A stretch of 54,954 nt of DNA, taken from NCBI GenBank assembly GCA_964580895.1, contig CAZOMD010000002.1, forward strand, positions 17,886 to 72,839, in the 5' to 3' direction. This stretch comes from an uncultured Planctomycetia bacterium (GTDB taxonomy: Bacteria; Omnitrophota; Gorgyraeia; Tantalellales; Tantalellaceae). The notes beneath the pieces were generated by a model that was given only the letters and a program-made list of their open reading frames with translations, had not been told where the DNA came from and ran no database searches. Position numbers and translations under genes: made by a program. Each line of letters begins with the position of its first letter. The first letter of the stretch is position 1. Below, one piece after another: positions 35,783 to 45,747 of the stretch.

Positions 35783-38030
35783 GATAAAACTTTCAAAGGA
35801 TCTGAAAGAACTCGCTAAGAGGCCGGAAACCGCTTCGGCCGGAGTTGTCCTCGTTTTTATCATTGCGGCCCTGTCGAGTCTATTCGTGAGCCCTCATCTT
35901 TATCAGGTGAGCATACATGAAGGCGATATCGCGTTAAAGAACGTGTACGCGCCGTATGATTTTACATATCTGTGGGGGGCGGACGAGATCAGAACGATAG
36001 AAGCAAAAAAAGCTTCCGCGGCTGCCGTTCCGTTCTATCTCAAGAGGGATATCATTGTTGAGGAGGAAACGCGCGATAATATAGAAAAATTTTTTGATAT
36101 AGCGGAAGACACGATAGACAAAGAGGGAACGATATCCGACAAGATCGGAGAAGTGAGAAGGCGTGCCGGGATAGATATTAACGATAAGTTTATCAAGGTT
36201 CTTTTGGAGACTACCGACGTAGATCTTATGAGGAGAAAGACGCTCGATGCCTTTGAGGCGGTAGCGGCCGTGGGCTACCTGGATGATGCTTCGTTCACGC
36301 TTCTTAAGGAGAACCATGTAAAGAAAGTGGTCGTGTGTTGTGTGGAGACCAGCGCGGAAGACGAAAAGGATTTTACGAGTATCGTCAACAGAGACAGGGT
36401 GCAGGATGTCCTGGAAAAATATGTCTCTAATGTTATGCAGAAAGACAGAAAAGAAAAACAGGCCGTAATGGCGGTACTGGATAAATATATCCGTCCCAAT
36501 CTCGGTCTGGATAACGAGATGACGGAGGAAAAGCGAGAGGAAGCCGTACAAAATACCAAAGTTGCCTTCAAGGCGTGGGAGATAAAGAAAAACGAACTGA
36601 TCATAGAGAAGGGGAAGAGAGTAGATCAACGCAATATCGCTCAGATAACCCAGATGAGGGGGGTTTTCCGCCCCGGGGTGAACCCGAAATTCTTTTGGGG
36701 GATACTTTTGCTATTCCTTGTGATGGGCGCGGTGGCGGCTATTTACCTTTTGTCGGTTGTCAGGATAAACATCTTTAGTCAGACAAAGAGCATTTCGATA
36801 ATCCTCACCAATATGATGATAATGATCATCACCGCGGATGTGATCACCCGCTCACCGCAACCAAGCTGTTTTATCCCGCTAGCAGGCATGGGCATGATGC
36901 TGACACTCTTAGTGGGCTTTGATATAGCGTTCATTTCGGTCCTGTTCATGTGTGTGCTGCTTTCCATTACTATCGGCGGAGGTATCGAGCTTACGCTCGT
37001 ATTTCTCGCGGGGAGCGTAGCGGGGATGTATGCCGTAAGGGACACCCGTCGCCGCTCCCATATGCTTTGGGCGGGGATGGCCGTAGGTTTGGCCAACCTT
37101 GTCGCGATATGTTGTGTCGGTCTTATCAACGGGATGGAATTTGATTTTTATCTGAGGGACGGGTTGTGGGCCGTCGCGAGCGGGTTTTTGTCGGCCTTCC
37201 TGGCCTTGGGGCTTCTTCCTCTCTTTGAGCATGTATTCAAAGTGCCGACAAATATAAGCCTCCTGGAAATATCCGATCTTAACCATCCGCTGTTGAAGAA
37301 GCTCGCTATCGAAGCCCCCGGGACATATCACCATAGCATAATGGTGGGTAATCTCGCGGAAGCCGCGTGCGAGGCAATTGGCGCTAACAGTCTTCTCGCG
37401 AGGGTAGGCGCTTACTATCATGATATCGGCAAGATACCCAAAGCTGAGTATTTCAGCGAGAACGAAATGGGCATGGGATCAAAGCATTCGCACTTGGCGC
37501 CGTCAATGAGCGCGCTTATAATCGAGAAGCACGTCAAAGAAGGTGCCGAGATGGCCAGAAAATACAAGCTCAATAATGCCATCGTGGATATAATAACTCA
37601 ACATCACGGGGACAGCCTTATTTCATATTTTTATCAGAAGGCCCTGGAAAAGTCTCAGGACGGGGCCTCCGTAGATGAGGCAAATTTTCGTTATCCAGGC
37701 CCGAAACCGCAAACGAAAGAAGGCGCTATAATTCTCTTGGCGGATTCGGTTGAAGCTTCCAGCAGAGCTCTCGGTGTGCCGACACCGTCAAGCATAAGGA
37801 ATCTCGTCAAAAAAATAATCAATAACAAATTTATAGATAATCAATTCGACGCCTGTGATCTTACTCTTAGGGACCTTAATAAGATCGCTGACAGTTTTGT
37901 CAGGGTCTTAATGGGGGTATTCCATGCCAGGCTCGATTATCCCGAAAAGGCAAAAAAGAGCGGCAACGGGACGGTATCCAATGGCGATAAGGATTTACAG
38001 CGAAAACCGAAACAAAAGAAAAAGAATTGA
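35760..38030 (+). CDS. pgpH: 7TM-receptor/HD-domain phosphohydrolase (PgpH/YqfF family)
   Basis: 756 aa. Central multi-TM block, then HHSIMVGNLAE...YYHDIGK and QHHG HD-domain motifs. Conserved phoH-yqfF-ybeY order as in Bacillus. Confidence 0.8.
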   Translation: MDLNLINRIKLSKDLKELAKRPETASAGVVLVFIIAALSSLFVSPHLYQVSIHEGDIALKNVYAPYDFTYLWGADEIRTIEAKKASAAAVPFYLKRDIIVEEETRDNIEKFFDIAEDTIDKEGTISDKIGEVRRRAGIDINDKFIKVLLETTDVDLMRRKTLDAFEAVAAVGYLDDASFTLLKENHVKKVVVCCVETSAEDEKDFTSIVNRDRVQDVLEKYVSNVMQKDRKEKQAVMAVLDKYIRPNLGLDNEMTEEKREEAVQNTKVAFKAWEIKKNELIIEKGKRVDQRNIAQITQMRGVFRPGVNPKFFWGILLLFLVMGAVAAIYLLSVVRINIFSQTKSISIILTNMMIMIITADVITRSPQPSCFIPLAGMGMMLTLLVGFDIAFISVLFMCVLLSITIGGGIELTLVFLAGSVAGMYAVRDTRRRSHMLWAGMAVGLANLVAICCVGLINGMEFDFYLRDGLWAVASGFLSAFLALGLLPLFEHVFKVPTNISLLEISDLNHPLLKKLAIEAPGTYHHSIMVGNLAEAACEAIGANSLLARVGAYYHDIGKIPKAEYFSENEMGMGSKHSHLAPSMSALIIEKHVKEGAEMARKYKLNNAIVDIITQHHGDSLISYFYQKALEKSQDGASVDEANFRYPGPKPQTKEGAIILLADSVEASSRALGVPTPSSIRNLVKKIINNKFIDNQFDACDLTLRDLNKIADSFVRVLMGVFHARLDYPEKAKKSGNGTVSNGDKDLQRKPKQKKKN

Positions 38031-38442
38031 TCTGGCAAGGGTGAATAGGATAGCCAGGATTGTGCTGGAAGAGGAATTAAGGAAGAAGGACGTAGAAATA
38101 AATATCATATTCCTTTCCAGCCAAAAGATCAGGATCCTAAATAAACTATACTTGGGGAAAAACGAAGCTACGGACGTTATAGCTTTTCCACGCGGGAAAC
38201 GATATCCGGTGATTTCGGCCGGCGCGGATGGGGCCGGTTTTTTAGGGGATATCGCTATCTCTTCGGACAGGGCCGCGCGGAACGCGAAGGTGTTCGGGCA
38301 AAGCTATAACGATGAGGTGGAACTTTGTGTTATTCACGGCGTGTTGCATCTTTTAGGATACAGCGATACACAAAAAAAAGATCGTTCGATTATGAGGAGA
38401 AGACAGGATGAGTTTTTCGCGAAAACGAGGGGACACATATAG
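37981..38442 (+). CDS. ybeY: rRNA maturation endoribonuclease YbeY
   Basis: HGVLHLLGYSD zinc motif and TDVIAFP. Start taken at ATG 37981 (MAIRIY...) inside track ORF 37924-38442. Overlaps the pgpH 3' end. Confidence 0.85.
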   Translation: MAIRIYSENRNKRKRIDLARVNRIARIVLEEELRKKDVEINIIFLSSQKIRILNKLYLGKNEATDVIAFPRGKRYPVISAGADGAGFLGDIAISSDRAARNAKVFGQSYNDEVELCVIHGVLHLLGYSDTQKKDRSIMRRRQDEFFAKTRGHI

Positions 38443-39136
38443 TAAAAGAGGTTTTCTGGATAGCGTAAACGCCGCGTTGGAAGGAGTGGTGCACACGCTT
38501 CTTACGGAGAGAAATATGCGGGTGCATTTTATCGCGGGATTTTTTGTGCTTATCGCTGGCGTGTATTTCAACCTCGAACGCATAGAATTCATGCTGCTCT
38601 GCTTTGCCGTTTCGTTCGTCCTGGTCGCGGAGATGTTCAATACTGCCGTGGAACACGCGGTTGATCTTGTCAGCAAAGAATCCCATCCCGTGGCAAAGAT
38701 AATTAAGGATATTTCCGCGGGCGCGGTTTTTGTCAGCGCGATTAACGCGGCCATAACGGGATATCTTATTACGCTTAACAGGATCAATATCTCGATCGGC
38801 GGTTCGCTTTACAGGATAAAGCAGTCACCGTGGCATATCACGCTTATTGTGCTTCTGGTCGTGGTCGGCCTTGTACTTTTCATAAAAGTGTTGAGAGGAG
38901 AAAGAAACCTTCTGCGTGGTGGCATGCCTAGCGGACACGCCGCGGTAGCGTTCGCTTTGTGGGTCGTGGTCTCATTCGCGAGCGGCGATATGTTCATTTC
39001 CATACTTGTGCTTTTTCTCGCTCTCCTTATCGCGCGGAGCAGGGTAGCGGAGGGTGTCCATCGTCTTGTTGAGGTCATTATGGGAGCCGTTCTGGGTTCA
39101 CTAGGGGCGCTCCTTATTGTACAGCTTTTATCATAG
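38408..39136 (+). CDS. dgkA: diacylglycerol/undecaprenol kinase (DgkA) fused to a PAP2-like phosphatase module
   Basis: The N-terminal half has EMFNTAVEHAVD and KDISAGAV DgkA motifs. The C-terminal half has PSGH and SRVAEGVH (PAP2 motifs 2 and 3). Confidence 0.7.
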   Translation: MSFSRKRGDTYSKRGFLDSVNAALEGVVHTLLTERNMRVHFIAGFFVLIAGVYFNLERIEFMLLCFAVSFVLVAEMFNTAVEHAVDLVSKESHPVAKIIKDISAGAVFVSAINAAITGYLITLNRINISIGGSLYRIKQSPWHITLIVLLVVVGLVLFIKVLRGERNLLRGGMPSGHAAVAFALWVVVSFASGDMFISILVLFLALLIARSRVAEGVHRLVEVIMGAVLGSLGALLIVQLLS

Positions 39137-39243
39137 GGGTTTTGCGAGTCTAGGGGTGGATGGTTATCGGCCGGAAGAAAAAATAGTGTAACGCAAAAAA
39201 AAGCGGCGCCCGGCAAGGGGCCTGGATCAGGATGAGATAGGCT

Positions 39244-40008
39244 ATGGCATCCCAAAGCGCTGAAGGTATTATTTTAAGAAAGTTCTATCACCGAGAAACG
39301 AGTTTTATCCTTATCGTATTCACGAAGGAATATGGTAAGGTCAGAGGCGTGATAAAAGGGGTGAGGGTCCCGTATCCTCAGTTCGCGGGTAATTTTGAGA
39401 TATTTACGAAATGCCGGATCGAATTTTATAAAAAAAAGAGAAGCTCGTTGGACCTGATAACACAGTGCGAGGCGGTCGAGACTTATAATCCGGCGAGAAA
39501 AGCAATAGAAAGGTTGACATACGCAAATTATTTTATAGAATTAATAGACATAGTCACAGCCGATTATGATGTTAACGAGGAGCTTTATCAGGTTCTCTCG
39601 GACGCGTTGGGGTTGCTTGAAGGGGATTCGAGCGCTAAAAGGATCTCACGCATATTCGAACTTAAATTTCTGAAGGCGTTGGGGCTTTGCCCTCATCTCG
39701 AGAGGTGTTCGGCCTGTGACGGAGAGATAGGGGAAAAAATATATTTCAGGGAGAAGCTCGGAGGCGCGTTATGCGCTTCGTGCGGAGACCGGGACCCGTT
39801 GGCGGCGAGGATATCTTCCGGGGCTATAAATTTCATGCGCAAGGTTATATCAAGCGATATGTCCCGGACGGCGCGTTTCAAGGTCGAAAGAACCGTCGGA
39901 AAAGAAGTCGAGAAAGCTCTTTCCGGATTTCTGCGGTATCACATAGCGCGGCCGGTCAAGTCTATGAGGTTTATCGATCGTTTGGAAAAAGAAGGCATTA
40001 CGCTATAG
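39244..40008 (+). CDS. recO: DNA repair protein RecO
   Basis: 254 aa. N-terminal OB-fold-like AEGIILRK..., and a CxxC...CxxC zinc site (CSACDG...CASCGD). Confidence 0.8.
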   Translation: MASQSAEGIILRKFYHRETSFILIVFTKEYGKVRGVIKGVRVPYPQFAGNFEIFTKCRIEFYKKKRSSLDLITQCEAVETYNPARKAIERLTYANYFIELIDIVTADYDVNEELYQVLSDALGLLEGDSSAKRISRIFELKFLKALGLCPHLERCSACDGEIGEKIYFREKLGGALCASCGDRDPLAARISSGAINFMRKVISSDMSRTARFKVERTVGKEVEKALSGFLRYHIARPVKSMRFIDRLEKEGITL

Positions 40009-40022
40009 AACGGAGAATATTA

Positions 40023-41339
40023 ATGACAGACAATGGCGAGGGACGGGTGGATCTGAAGGAAATAGCGAATCTTTGTAAGAGGAGAGGCTTTATATTTCAG
40101 GACAGCGAGATATACGGAGGTATCGGCAGCGTCTGGGATTACGGTCCGCTTGGCGTGGAGGTCAAAAAAAAGCTCAAGGAACTCTGGTGGAAGAGGATGG
40201 TCTACGATAGGGATGACGTAGAGGGGCTTGACGCGGCCATACTTATGAACCCCGAGACGTGGAAGGCTTCGGGGCACGTGGGTTCTTTTGCCGACATGTT
40301 GTCCGATTGTCTGGGCTGCAAGAAACGGTTCAGGGTGGATCATCTGGAAGGCAAAGATTGTCCGGAGTGCGGGGGCAAACTTACGGAACCGAAAAGTTTC
40401 AATCTGATGTTCAAGACGCATTTGGGATCTGTGGAGGGAGATTCTCAGGATATCTATCTCAGGCCCGAGACCGCTCAGGGGATTTTTGTGAATTTCGAGA
40501 ATATCCTGAACACGAGCAGAAAAAAACTTCCGTTCGGAGTGGCCCAGACCGGCAAAGCGTTCCGCAACGAGATAACGACCGGCAATTTTATTTTTAGATG
40601 CAGGGAATTCGAGCAGATGGAACTGGAATATTTCGTTAAGCCCGGGGAAGATGAGAAGTGGTATGAATACTGGCTCGAGGAACGGCTGGAATGGTACGTA
40701 TCGATCGGTATCCGCAGGGAAAGTCTCCGGCTCCGCCAGCATAAAAAGGAAGAGCTTGCGCATTACGCTAAAAACTGTCATGATATAGAATTCTTGTTCC
40801 CGATGGGATGGGCGGAACTTGAAGGTATCGCTAATCGCACGGATTATGATCTCAAGCAGCATTCACGGATAAGCGGTAAAGACCTGACATATTTCGACAA
40901 CGCAACAAATCAGCGATATACGCCGTATGTAATCGAACCTTCGGCTGGTGTGGATAGAGGCGTTCTGGCTTTGCTTGTGGACGCCTATAGGAGCGAGACG
41001 GTGAGGGATAGAGAAAGGGTGTACCTCTCGCTGGATAAGCGGCTTGTCCCGATCAAGATAGCCGTTTTGCCTCTTTTGAAGAATAGACCCGAGATAGTGG
41101 ACCTGGCGCAAAAGATCAGAAAAGATCTTGGTGGGGAGTACCGGGTTGTCTACGATGATACCGCGGCCATAGGCAGACTTTATAGAAGACAGGATGAGAT
41201 AGGTACCCCGTATTGCGTGACTGTTGACGTGGAATCGCTGAGCGACGGGAAAGTAACGGTCAGGGACAGAGATACTATGGCTCAGGAGAGGGTCGATGTC
41301 TCGCGGCTGAAAAAATATTTCTCGGAAAAGTTCGAATAA
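40023..41339 (+). CDS. glyQS: glycine--tRNA ligase (homodimeric class II type)
   Basis: Start at ATG 40023 (MTDNGEG...); the track ORF from 39771 overlaps recO. RGFIFQDSEIYGG, LRPETAQG, FRNEITTGNFIFRCREFEQMELE and EPSAGVDR motifs. Confidence 0.9.
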   Translation: MTDNGEGRVDLKEIANLCKRRGFIFQDSEIYGGIGSVWDYGPLGVEVKKKLKELWWKRMVYDRDDVEGLDAAILMNPETWKASGHVGSFADMLSDCLGCKKRFRVDHLEGKDCPECGGKLTEPKSFNLMFKTHLGSVEGDSQDIYLRPETAQGIFVNFENILNTSRKKLPFGVAQTGKAFRNEITTGNFIFRCREFEQMELEYFVKPGEDEKWYEYWLEERLEWYVSIGIRRESLRLRQHKKEELAHYAKNCHDIEFLFPMGWAELEGIANRTDYDLKQHSRISGKDLTYFDNATNQRYTPYVIEPSAGVDRGVLALLVDAYRSETVRDRERVYLSLDKRLVPIKIAVLPLLKNRPEIVDLAQKIRKDLGGEYRVVYDDTAAIGRLYRRQDEIGTPYCVTVDVESLSDGKVTVRDRDTMAQERVDVSRLKKYFSEKFE

Positions 41340-41430
41340 AGAACAAACACACGGGTCTCGGGGAAAGCAAAATGCTTTTCACATGACCCGGCTGAAAAAG
41401 AATAAAACAAGAAGGAGGAATGGTAACAAA

Positions 41431-44226
41431 ATGGGAAAGAAAACTTTGAAGAAGACATCTCTAAAAGGGTCCGCTAAAAAGAAAAAGAACGTTTATTTTT
41501 TCGGCGGCGGAAAAGCTGACGGCAACGAAAGCATGAAGAACCTGCTCGGCGGCAAAGGCGCTAACCTAGCCGAAATGGCCGGCCACCCGAAACTTAAATT
41601 GCCTGTCCCGGCGGGATTCACCATAACTACGGAGGTGTGCACGCATTACTACAAGAATGGCGGCAAGTATCCGGCGGGACTTCGCGAAGAAGTGAACGCC
41701 TCGTTGAAAAAAGTCGAAATTTCCATGGGGAAGGTTTTCAACGATCCGGCGAACCCGCTTCTTGTTTCGGTGAGGTCCGGGGCCAGAAGGTCGATGCCGG
41801 GGATGATGGAAACCGTGCTCAATGTCGGGCTCACTTCCAGAACGATACCGGGCATGATCAAAGAGACCGGTAACGAGAGGTTTGTTTACGACGCGTATAG
41901 GCGCCTCATAATGATGTATTCCGATGTCGTTATGGAAAAGGCCGCCGGCAGGGAGATCAGTAAGGACGAAAAAGGGATACGCAAGATACTTGACGAAAAG
42001 CTCCACGATGTAAAAAAAGCTAAGGGTTACAAGTCAGACACGGACCTGACCGCGGAGGATCTTAAGAAGCTTGTTGTCGTGTTCAAGGATACCGTCAAGC
42101 AGGTCATTGGAAAACCCTTCCCGGATGACGCGACAGAGCAGCTCTGGGGCGGAATAGGCGCCGTATTCTCAAGCTGGAACGGTAAGCGCGCTTGCGAATA
42201 TCGCCGTATCGAAAGGATACCGGACGAGTGGGGCACGGCGGTTAACGTCCAGTCGATGGTGTTCGGCAATATGGGGGACGATTCCGCCACCGGCGTCGCC
42301 TTTAGCCGTAACCCCGGGAACGGAGAGAATCAGTTCTACGGGGAGTATCTGATAAACGCCCAGGGCGAGGATGTCGTGGCGGGTACCAGGACCCCGGCAC
42401 CGATAAACGAGTATTCCAAGAACGACCAGAGCAAGCACCTTAAAACACTTCAAGAGCTTATGCCGGAGATCTATAAAAAACTGGATGGTTACAAAAAGAG
42501 CCTTGAAACGCATTACCGCGATATGCAGGATATCGAATTCACAATTGAGAAAGGCAAACTCTACATGTTGCAGTGCCGTGTCGGAAAAAGGAACGGCACC
42601 GCGGCGATACGCATGGCCGTGGAGATGTGCAAAGAAAAGCTTATCGACGCTAAGACGGCCATAATGAGAGTCGCGCCGAGCCAGCTGGTGGAACTTCTTC
42701 TGCCGATGATAGACCCGAAAGCGGAACTCGCCCTGAAGGCGATAGCCAAAGGTCTTCCGGCCGGTCCCGGCGGCGCCGTGGGAAGAGTTGTATTTACTTC
42801 CGACGATGCCGTCGCATGGGCGTCGCGGGGCGAGAAGGTCATACTTGTCCGCGAGGAGACCTCACCCGAGGACGTCGATGGTATGCATAAGGCCCAGTCG
42901 ATACTTACGACTAAGGGCGGGATGACGAGCCACGCGGCTCTTGTCGCGCGCGGTTGGGGCAAGTGCTGTATCGTCGGATGCGGAGATATCGAGATAGACA
43001 ACGCAAGCAGGACTTTCACTACGAAGGACGGGCAGGTAGTGAAAGAAGGCGATTGGGTCAGTCTTAACGGCACTAAGGGCCTTGTTTACAAGGGTAAGCT
43101 CGGGCTTGTCGATGTGGATCTTGATCACAATAAGTCCTATGGAGAGTTCATGAAGTGCGTGGACAAAGTACGCGACATGAAGGTCCGTACCAACGCGGAT
43201 ACTCCGAAAGATTCCGCTCAGGCGGTAAAGTTCGGCGCCGAAGGTATAGGGCTTTTCCGCACAGAGCACATGTTTTACGGCGAAGGAAGCGATAAGCCGC
43301 TTTTTCTTCTTCGTAAGATGATCATGTCGAAGACGAAGGAAGAGCGCCGCAAAGCGCTTGACGAGCTTTTCGGTTACGTCAAGAGTGATATCAAAGCGAC
43401 ACTTGAGGTAATGAACGGTCTGCCCGTTACGGTGCGTTTATTGGACCCGCCGCTTCACGAGTTTGTGCCTCACAGCGAGGATAAACTTCAGGCGCTTGCC
43501 GCGGAGCTTGGTGTCGAGATGAGCGAACTTAAAAAACGAGCCGACGCGCTGCGCGAGAACAATCCTATGCTCGGGCACCGCGGCGTACGTCTCGGTGTAA
43601 CCTATCCTGAGATAACAGAGATGCAGGTAAGGGCGATACTAGAGGCGTCCGCGGAACTGATCAAGTCCGGGAAAAAAGCCACCCCGGAGATAATGGTACC
43701 GGTTACCTGTACGCAAAACGAGCTATACAACCAGAAGGAGATAGTAGACAGGGTGTACGGCGAAGTTTGCCGTAAGTTCGGCCTCAAAAAGATATCGTTC
43801 ATGTACGGGACCATGATCGAGATACCGCGGGCCGCGCTTTTGGCCGGGAAAATGGCGGAAGCGTCGGAGTTTTTCTCGTTCGGCACAAATGACCTTACGC
43901 AGATGAGCTTGGGTTTCAGCCGCGACGATATCGGGGGTTTTCTGCCGGATTACCTTGAATCCAAGATATTGCCGGCAGACCCGTTCCAGACCATCGATCA
44001 GGAGGGTGTGGGCGAACTTATGAAGTTCGGCATAACCCGCGGCCGGGCTGTAAGGAAGAACCTTAAAGTAGGCATTTGCGGTGAACATGGCGGGGATCCC
44101 GCCTCGGTGGAATTTTGCTATGAGGTAGGGATGGATTATGTAAGCTGTTCGCCATTCCGCGTGCCTATAGCTAGGCTTGCCGCCGCGCAGGCTGTTATAA
44201 AAAAGAATGATAAGGCAAAGAGATAG
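41431..44226 (+). CDS. ppdK: pyruvate, phosphate dikinase
   Basis: GGKGANLAEM, GGMTSHAALVARG (phosphohistidine) and CGEHGGDP motifs. ATG 41431 is preceded by AGGAGG. Lys-rich N-terminal tail of about 27 aa. Confidence 0.9.
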   Translation: MGKKTLKKTSLKGSAKKKKNVYFFGGGKADGNESMKNLLGGKGANLAEMAGHPKLKLPVPAGFTITTEVCTHYYKNGGKYPAGLREEVNASLKKVEISMGKVFNDPANPLLVSVRSGARRSMPGMMETVLNVGLTSRTIPGMIKETGNERFVYDAYRRLIMMYSDVVMEKAAGREISKDEKGIRKILDEKLHDVKKAKGYKSDTDLTAEDLKKLVVVFKDTVKQVIGKPFPDDATEQLWGGIGAVFSSWNGKRACEYRRIERIPDEWGTAVNVQSMVFGNMGDDSATGVAFSRNPGNGENQFYGEYLINAQGEDVVAGTRTPAPINEYSKNDQSKHLKTLQELMPEIYKKLDGYKKSLETHYRDMQDIEFTIEKGKLYMLQCRVGKRNGTAAIRMAVEMCKEKLIDAKTAIMRVAPSQLVELLLPMIDPKAELALKAIAKGLPAGPGGAVGRVVFTSDDAVAWASRGEKVILVREETSPEDVDGMHKAQSILTTKGGMTSHAALVARGWGKCCIVGCGDIEIDNASRTFTTKDGQVVKEGDWVSLNGTKGLVYKGKLGLVDVDLDHNKSYGEFMKCVDKVRDMKVRTNADTPKDSAQAVKFGAEGIGLFRTEHMFYGEGSDKPLFLLRKMIMSKTKEERRKALDELFGYVKSDIKATLEVMNGLPVTVRLLDPPLHEFVPHSEDKLQALAAELGVEMSELKKRADALRENNPMLGHRGVRLGVTYPEITEMQVRAILEASAELIKSGKKATPEIMVPVTCTQNELYNQKEIVDRVYGEVCRKFGLKKISFMYGTMIEIPRAALLAGKMAEASEFFSFGTNDLTQMSLGFSRDDIGGFLPDYLESKILPADPFQTIDQEGVGELMKFGITRGRAVRKNLKVGICGEHGGDPASVEFCYEVGMDYVSCSPFRVPIARLAAAQAVIKKNDKAKR

Positions 44227-44234
44227 GATTACGT

Positions 44235-44279
44235 GTGGCCGCTATTATGCCGGTCTTTACGCGGCTTGGTAGCGGCCAC
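44235..44279 (+). terminator. 10-bp perfect hairpin after ppdK (no U-tract)
   Basis: GTGGCCGCTA / TAGCGGCCAC with a 25-nt loop. May be a terminator or a REP-like element. Confidence 0.35.
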
Positions 44280-44401
44280 GGTTATACTCTGTGCGGATTA
44301 AGGTCCAGACCACTCAAGAACATGAAGGAGGGCTGTTCGTGATAAGGGTAGCTGTATCCCGGGAGAGGGATTAGTTATCCTATGTCGCGGACGATATTTT
44401 T

Positions 44402-45250
44402 ATGGATGCGATAAAATTATACTTGAAAGATATAAGGGATTTGCCTCTTCTGACGGCAGAGGAGGAAAGGTGGCTCGCGAAAAAGGTCAAGCGGGGTGAT
44501 AAAAAAGCCCGGCAGAGAATGATAAAGAGCAACCTGCGCCTCGTGATCAACATAGCTAAGAAATACAGCTATCTAGGTGTCCCGATGCTCGATCTCATAG
44601 AGGAAGGCAACCTTGGTCTTATGAAAGCCGTTTTGAAATACGATCCGGACAAAGGGTATCGGTTCAGCACATATGCCGCGTGGTGGATAAAACAGTTTAT
44701 AACGAGGGCCGTCGCGAACCAGGGCAAGACGGTGCGTATCCCGGTCTATGTGATGGAAATGCTTATGCGTTTCCAGAAGATCAAAAAACATCTCGTGCAA
44801 AAAATGAAAAAAGCGCCGCAACTAGGGGATATAGCCAAAAGGATGAAGATGCCGGTCGCGAGGGTCAAACAGCTGAACCATATGGCCTCGAATATATCCA
44901 GTCTTAACGCTCCTATCGGAGAGTCCGGGGATAGCGAATTTATGGACCTTATCGAGGACGAGAGTATCGTTACCTCCGTGGACGAGCTTACGAAATTTCT
45001 CTTGCATGAAAGGATAGAGGGTCTGCTTGACAAGATGACCGAACGAGAACAGAAGATACTAAGGCTCCGGTTCGGGCTTGACGACAACAGTGTTTCACAT
45101 ACCCTGAGGGACACGGCAAAGCATTTTGGTATTACCCGGGAACGCGTACGCCAGATCGAAGCCGCGTGTATGGTAAAGCTCCGGAAGATGATGGAGGAAC
45201 AGGAACAGGAGGCCGAGGCGCGGCTTTTCAAGAAGGGTAAGAAGGTCTGA
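44402..45250 (+). CDS. RNA polymerase sigma factor, sigma-70 family (RpoD/SigA-like, no region 1.1)
   Basis: 282 aa. Region 2 (DLIEEGNLGLMKAVLKYDPDKGYRFSTYAAWWIKQ), region 3, and region 4.2 (TLRDTAKHFGITRERVRQIE). Confidence 0.85.
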   Translation: MDAIKLYLKDIRDLPLLTAEEERWLAKKVKRGDKKARQRMIKSNLRLVINIAKKYSYLGVPMLDLIEEGNLGLMKAVLKYDPDKGYRFSTYAAWWIKQFITRAVANQGKTVRIPVYVMEMLMRFQKIKKHLVQKMKKAPQLGDIAKRMKMPVARVKQLNHMASNISSLNAPIGESGDSEFMDLIEDESIVTSVDELTKFLLHERIEGLLDKMTEREQKILRLRFGLDDNSVSHTLRDTAKHFGITRERVRQIEAACMVKLRKMMEEQEQEAEARLFKKGKKV

Positions 45251-45364
45251 TCTGTTTGGCGGTGAGTTGTTCTTTAATAGAGGAAAGAAGATCTATGCGG
45301 CGAGCGAATGTCCCTTTCTGTTATTAGCGGGCGCTGCGCCGCGGCTGTAATAGAGGAGAAGTAT

Positions 45365-45441
45365 GTGCCTGTAGCTCAGACGGATAGAGCGACTGCCTCC
45401 TAAGCAGTAGGCCGGCCGTTCGAATCGGCCCAGGCACACCA
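45365..45441 (+). tRNA. tRNA-Arg (anticodon CCU), CCA encoded
   Basis: Manual cloverleaf. Acceptor GTGCCTG/CAGGCAC; D stem GCTC/GAGC; anticodon stem ACTGC/GCAGT with loop CTCCTAA; T arm GGCCG-TTCGAAT-CGGCC; discriminator A plus CCA. 77 nt. Confidence 0.9.
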
Positions 45442-45443
45442 GT

Positions 45444-45483
45444 AAAACAAAAAGCCCTGTCGTACAACAGGGCTTTTTGTTTT
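45444..45483 (+). terminator. rho-independent terminator after the tRNA
   Basis: AAAACAAAAAGCCCTG / CAGGGCTTTTTGTTTT with loop TCGTACAA, and a T-rich tail. Confidence 0.75.
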
Positions 45484-45669
45484 ACAGAGCAATCGACAAT
45501 CGAGAGTCGAGAATGGATAAGGAGTTCCGCTATCGCGGAACACTTGCATATCGATAATTCGATTGCGGTCGATTTTCGACTTTCGATTTTCTCTGGTTAA
45601 GAAAAAAGAGAGAGGAGATTTTTCTTGTTTATTGAATTTTCTTAATTTTGTGAGAGTTCGGCCATATGA

Positions 45670-45691
45670 CAGGGGTTTTTGTTTTACTGAG
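45670..45691 (+). repeat. degenerate duplicate of the descending terminator arm and flank (CAGGGGTTTTTGTTTTACTGAG)
   Basis: 20 of 22 nt identical to 45468-45489. No complementary 5' arm lies upstream. Confidence 0.5.
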
Positions 45692-45747
45692 AAATAGAGA
45701 ATCGATAATAGATCGATGAGTTCCTTGTTACTCCGTTCCCGCAGTAA

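Noticed and set aside
39771-40022. 84-aa N-terminal extension of the glyQS ORF
   Set aside because: It overlaps recO in another frame. The conserved GlyRS sequence starts at ATG 40023.
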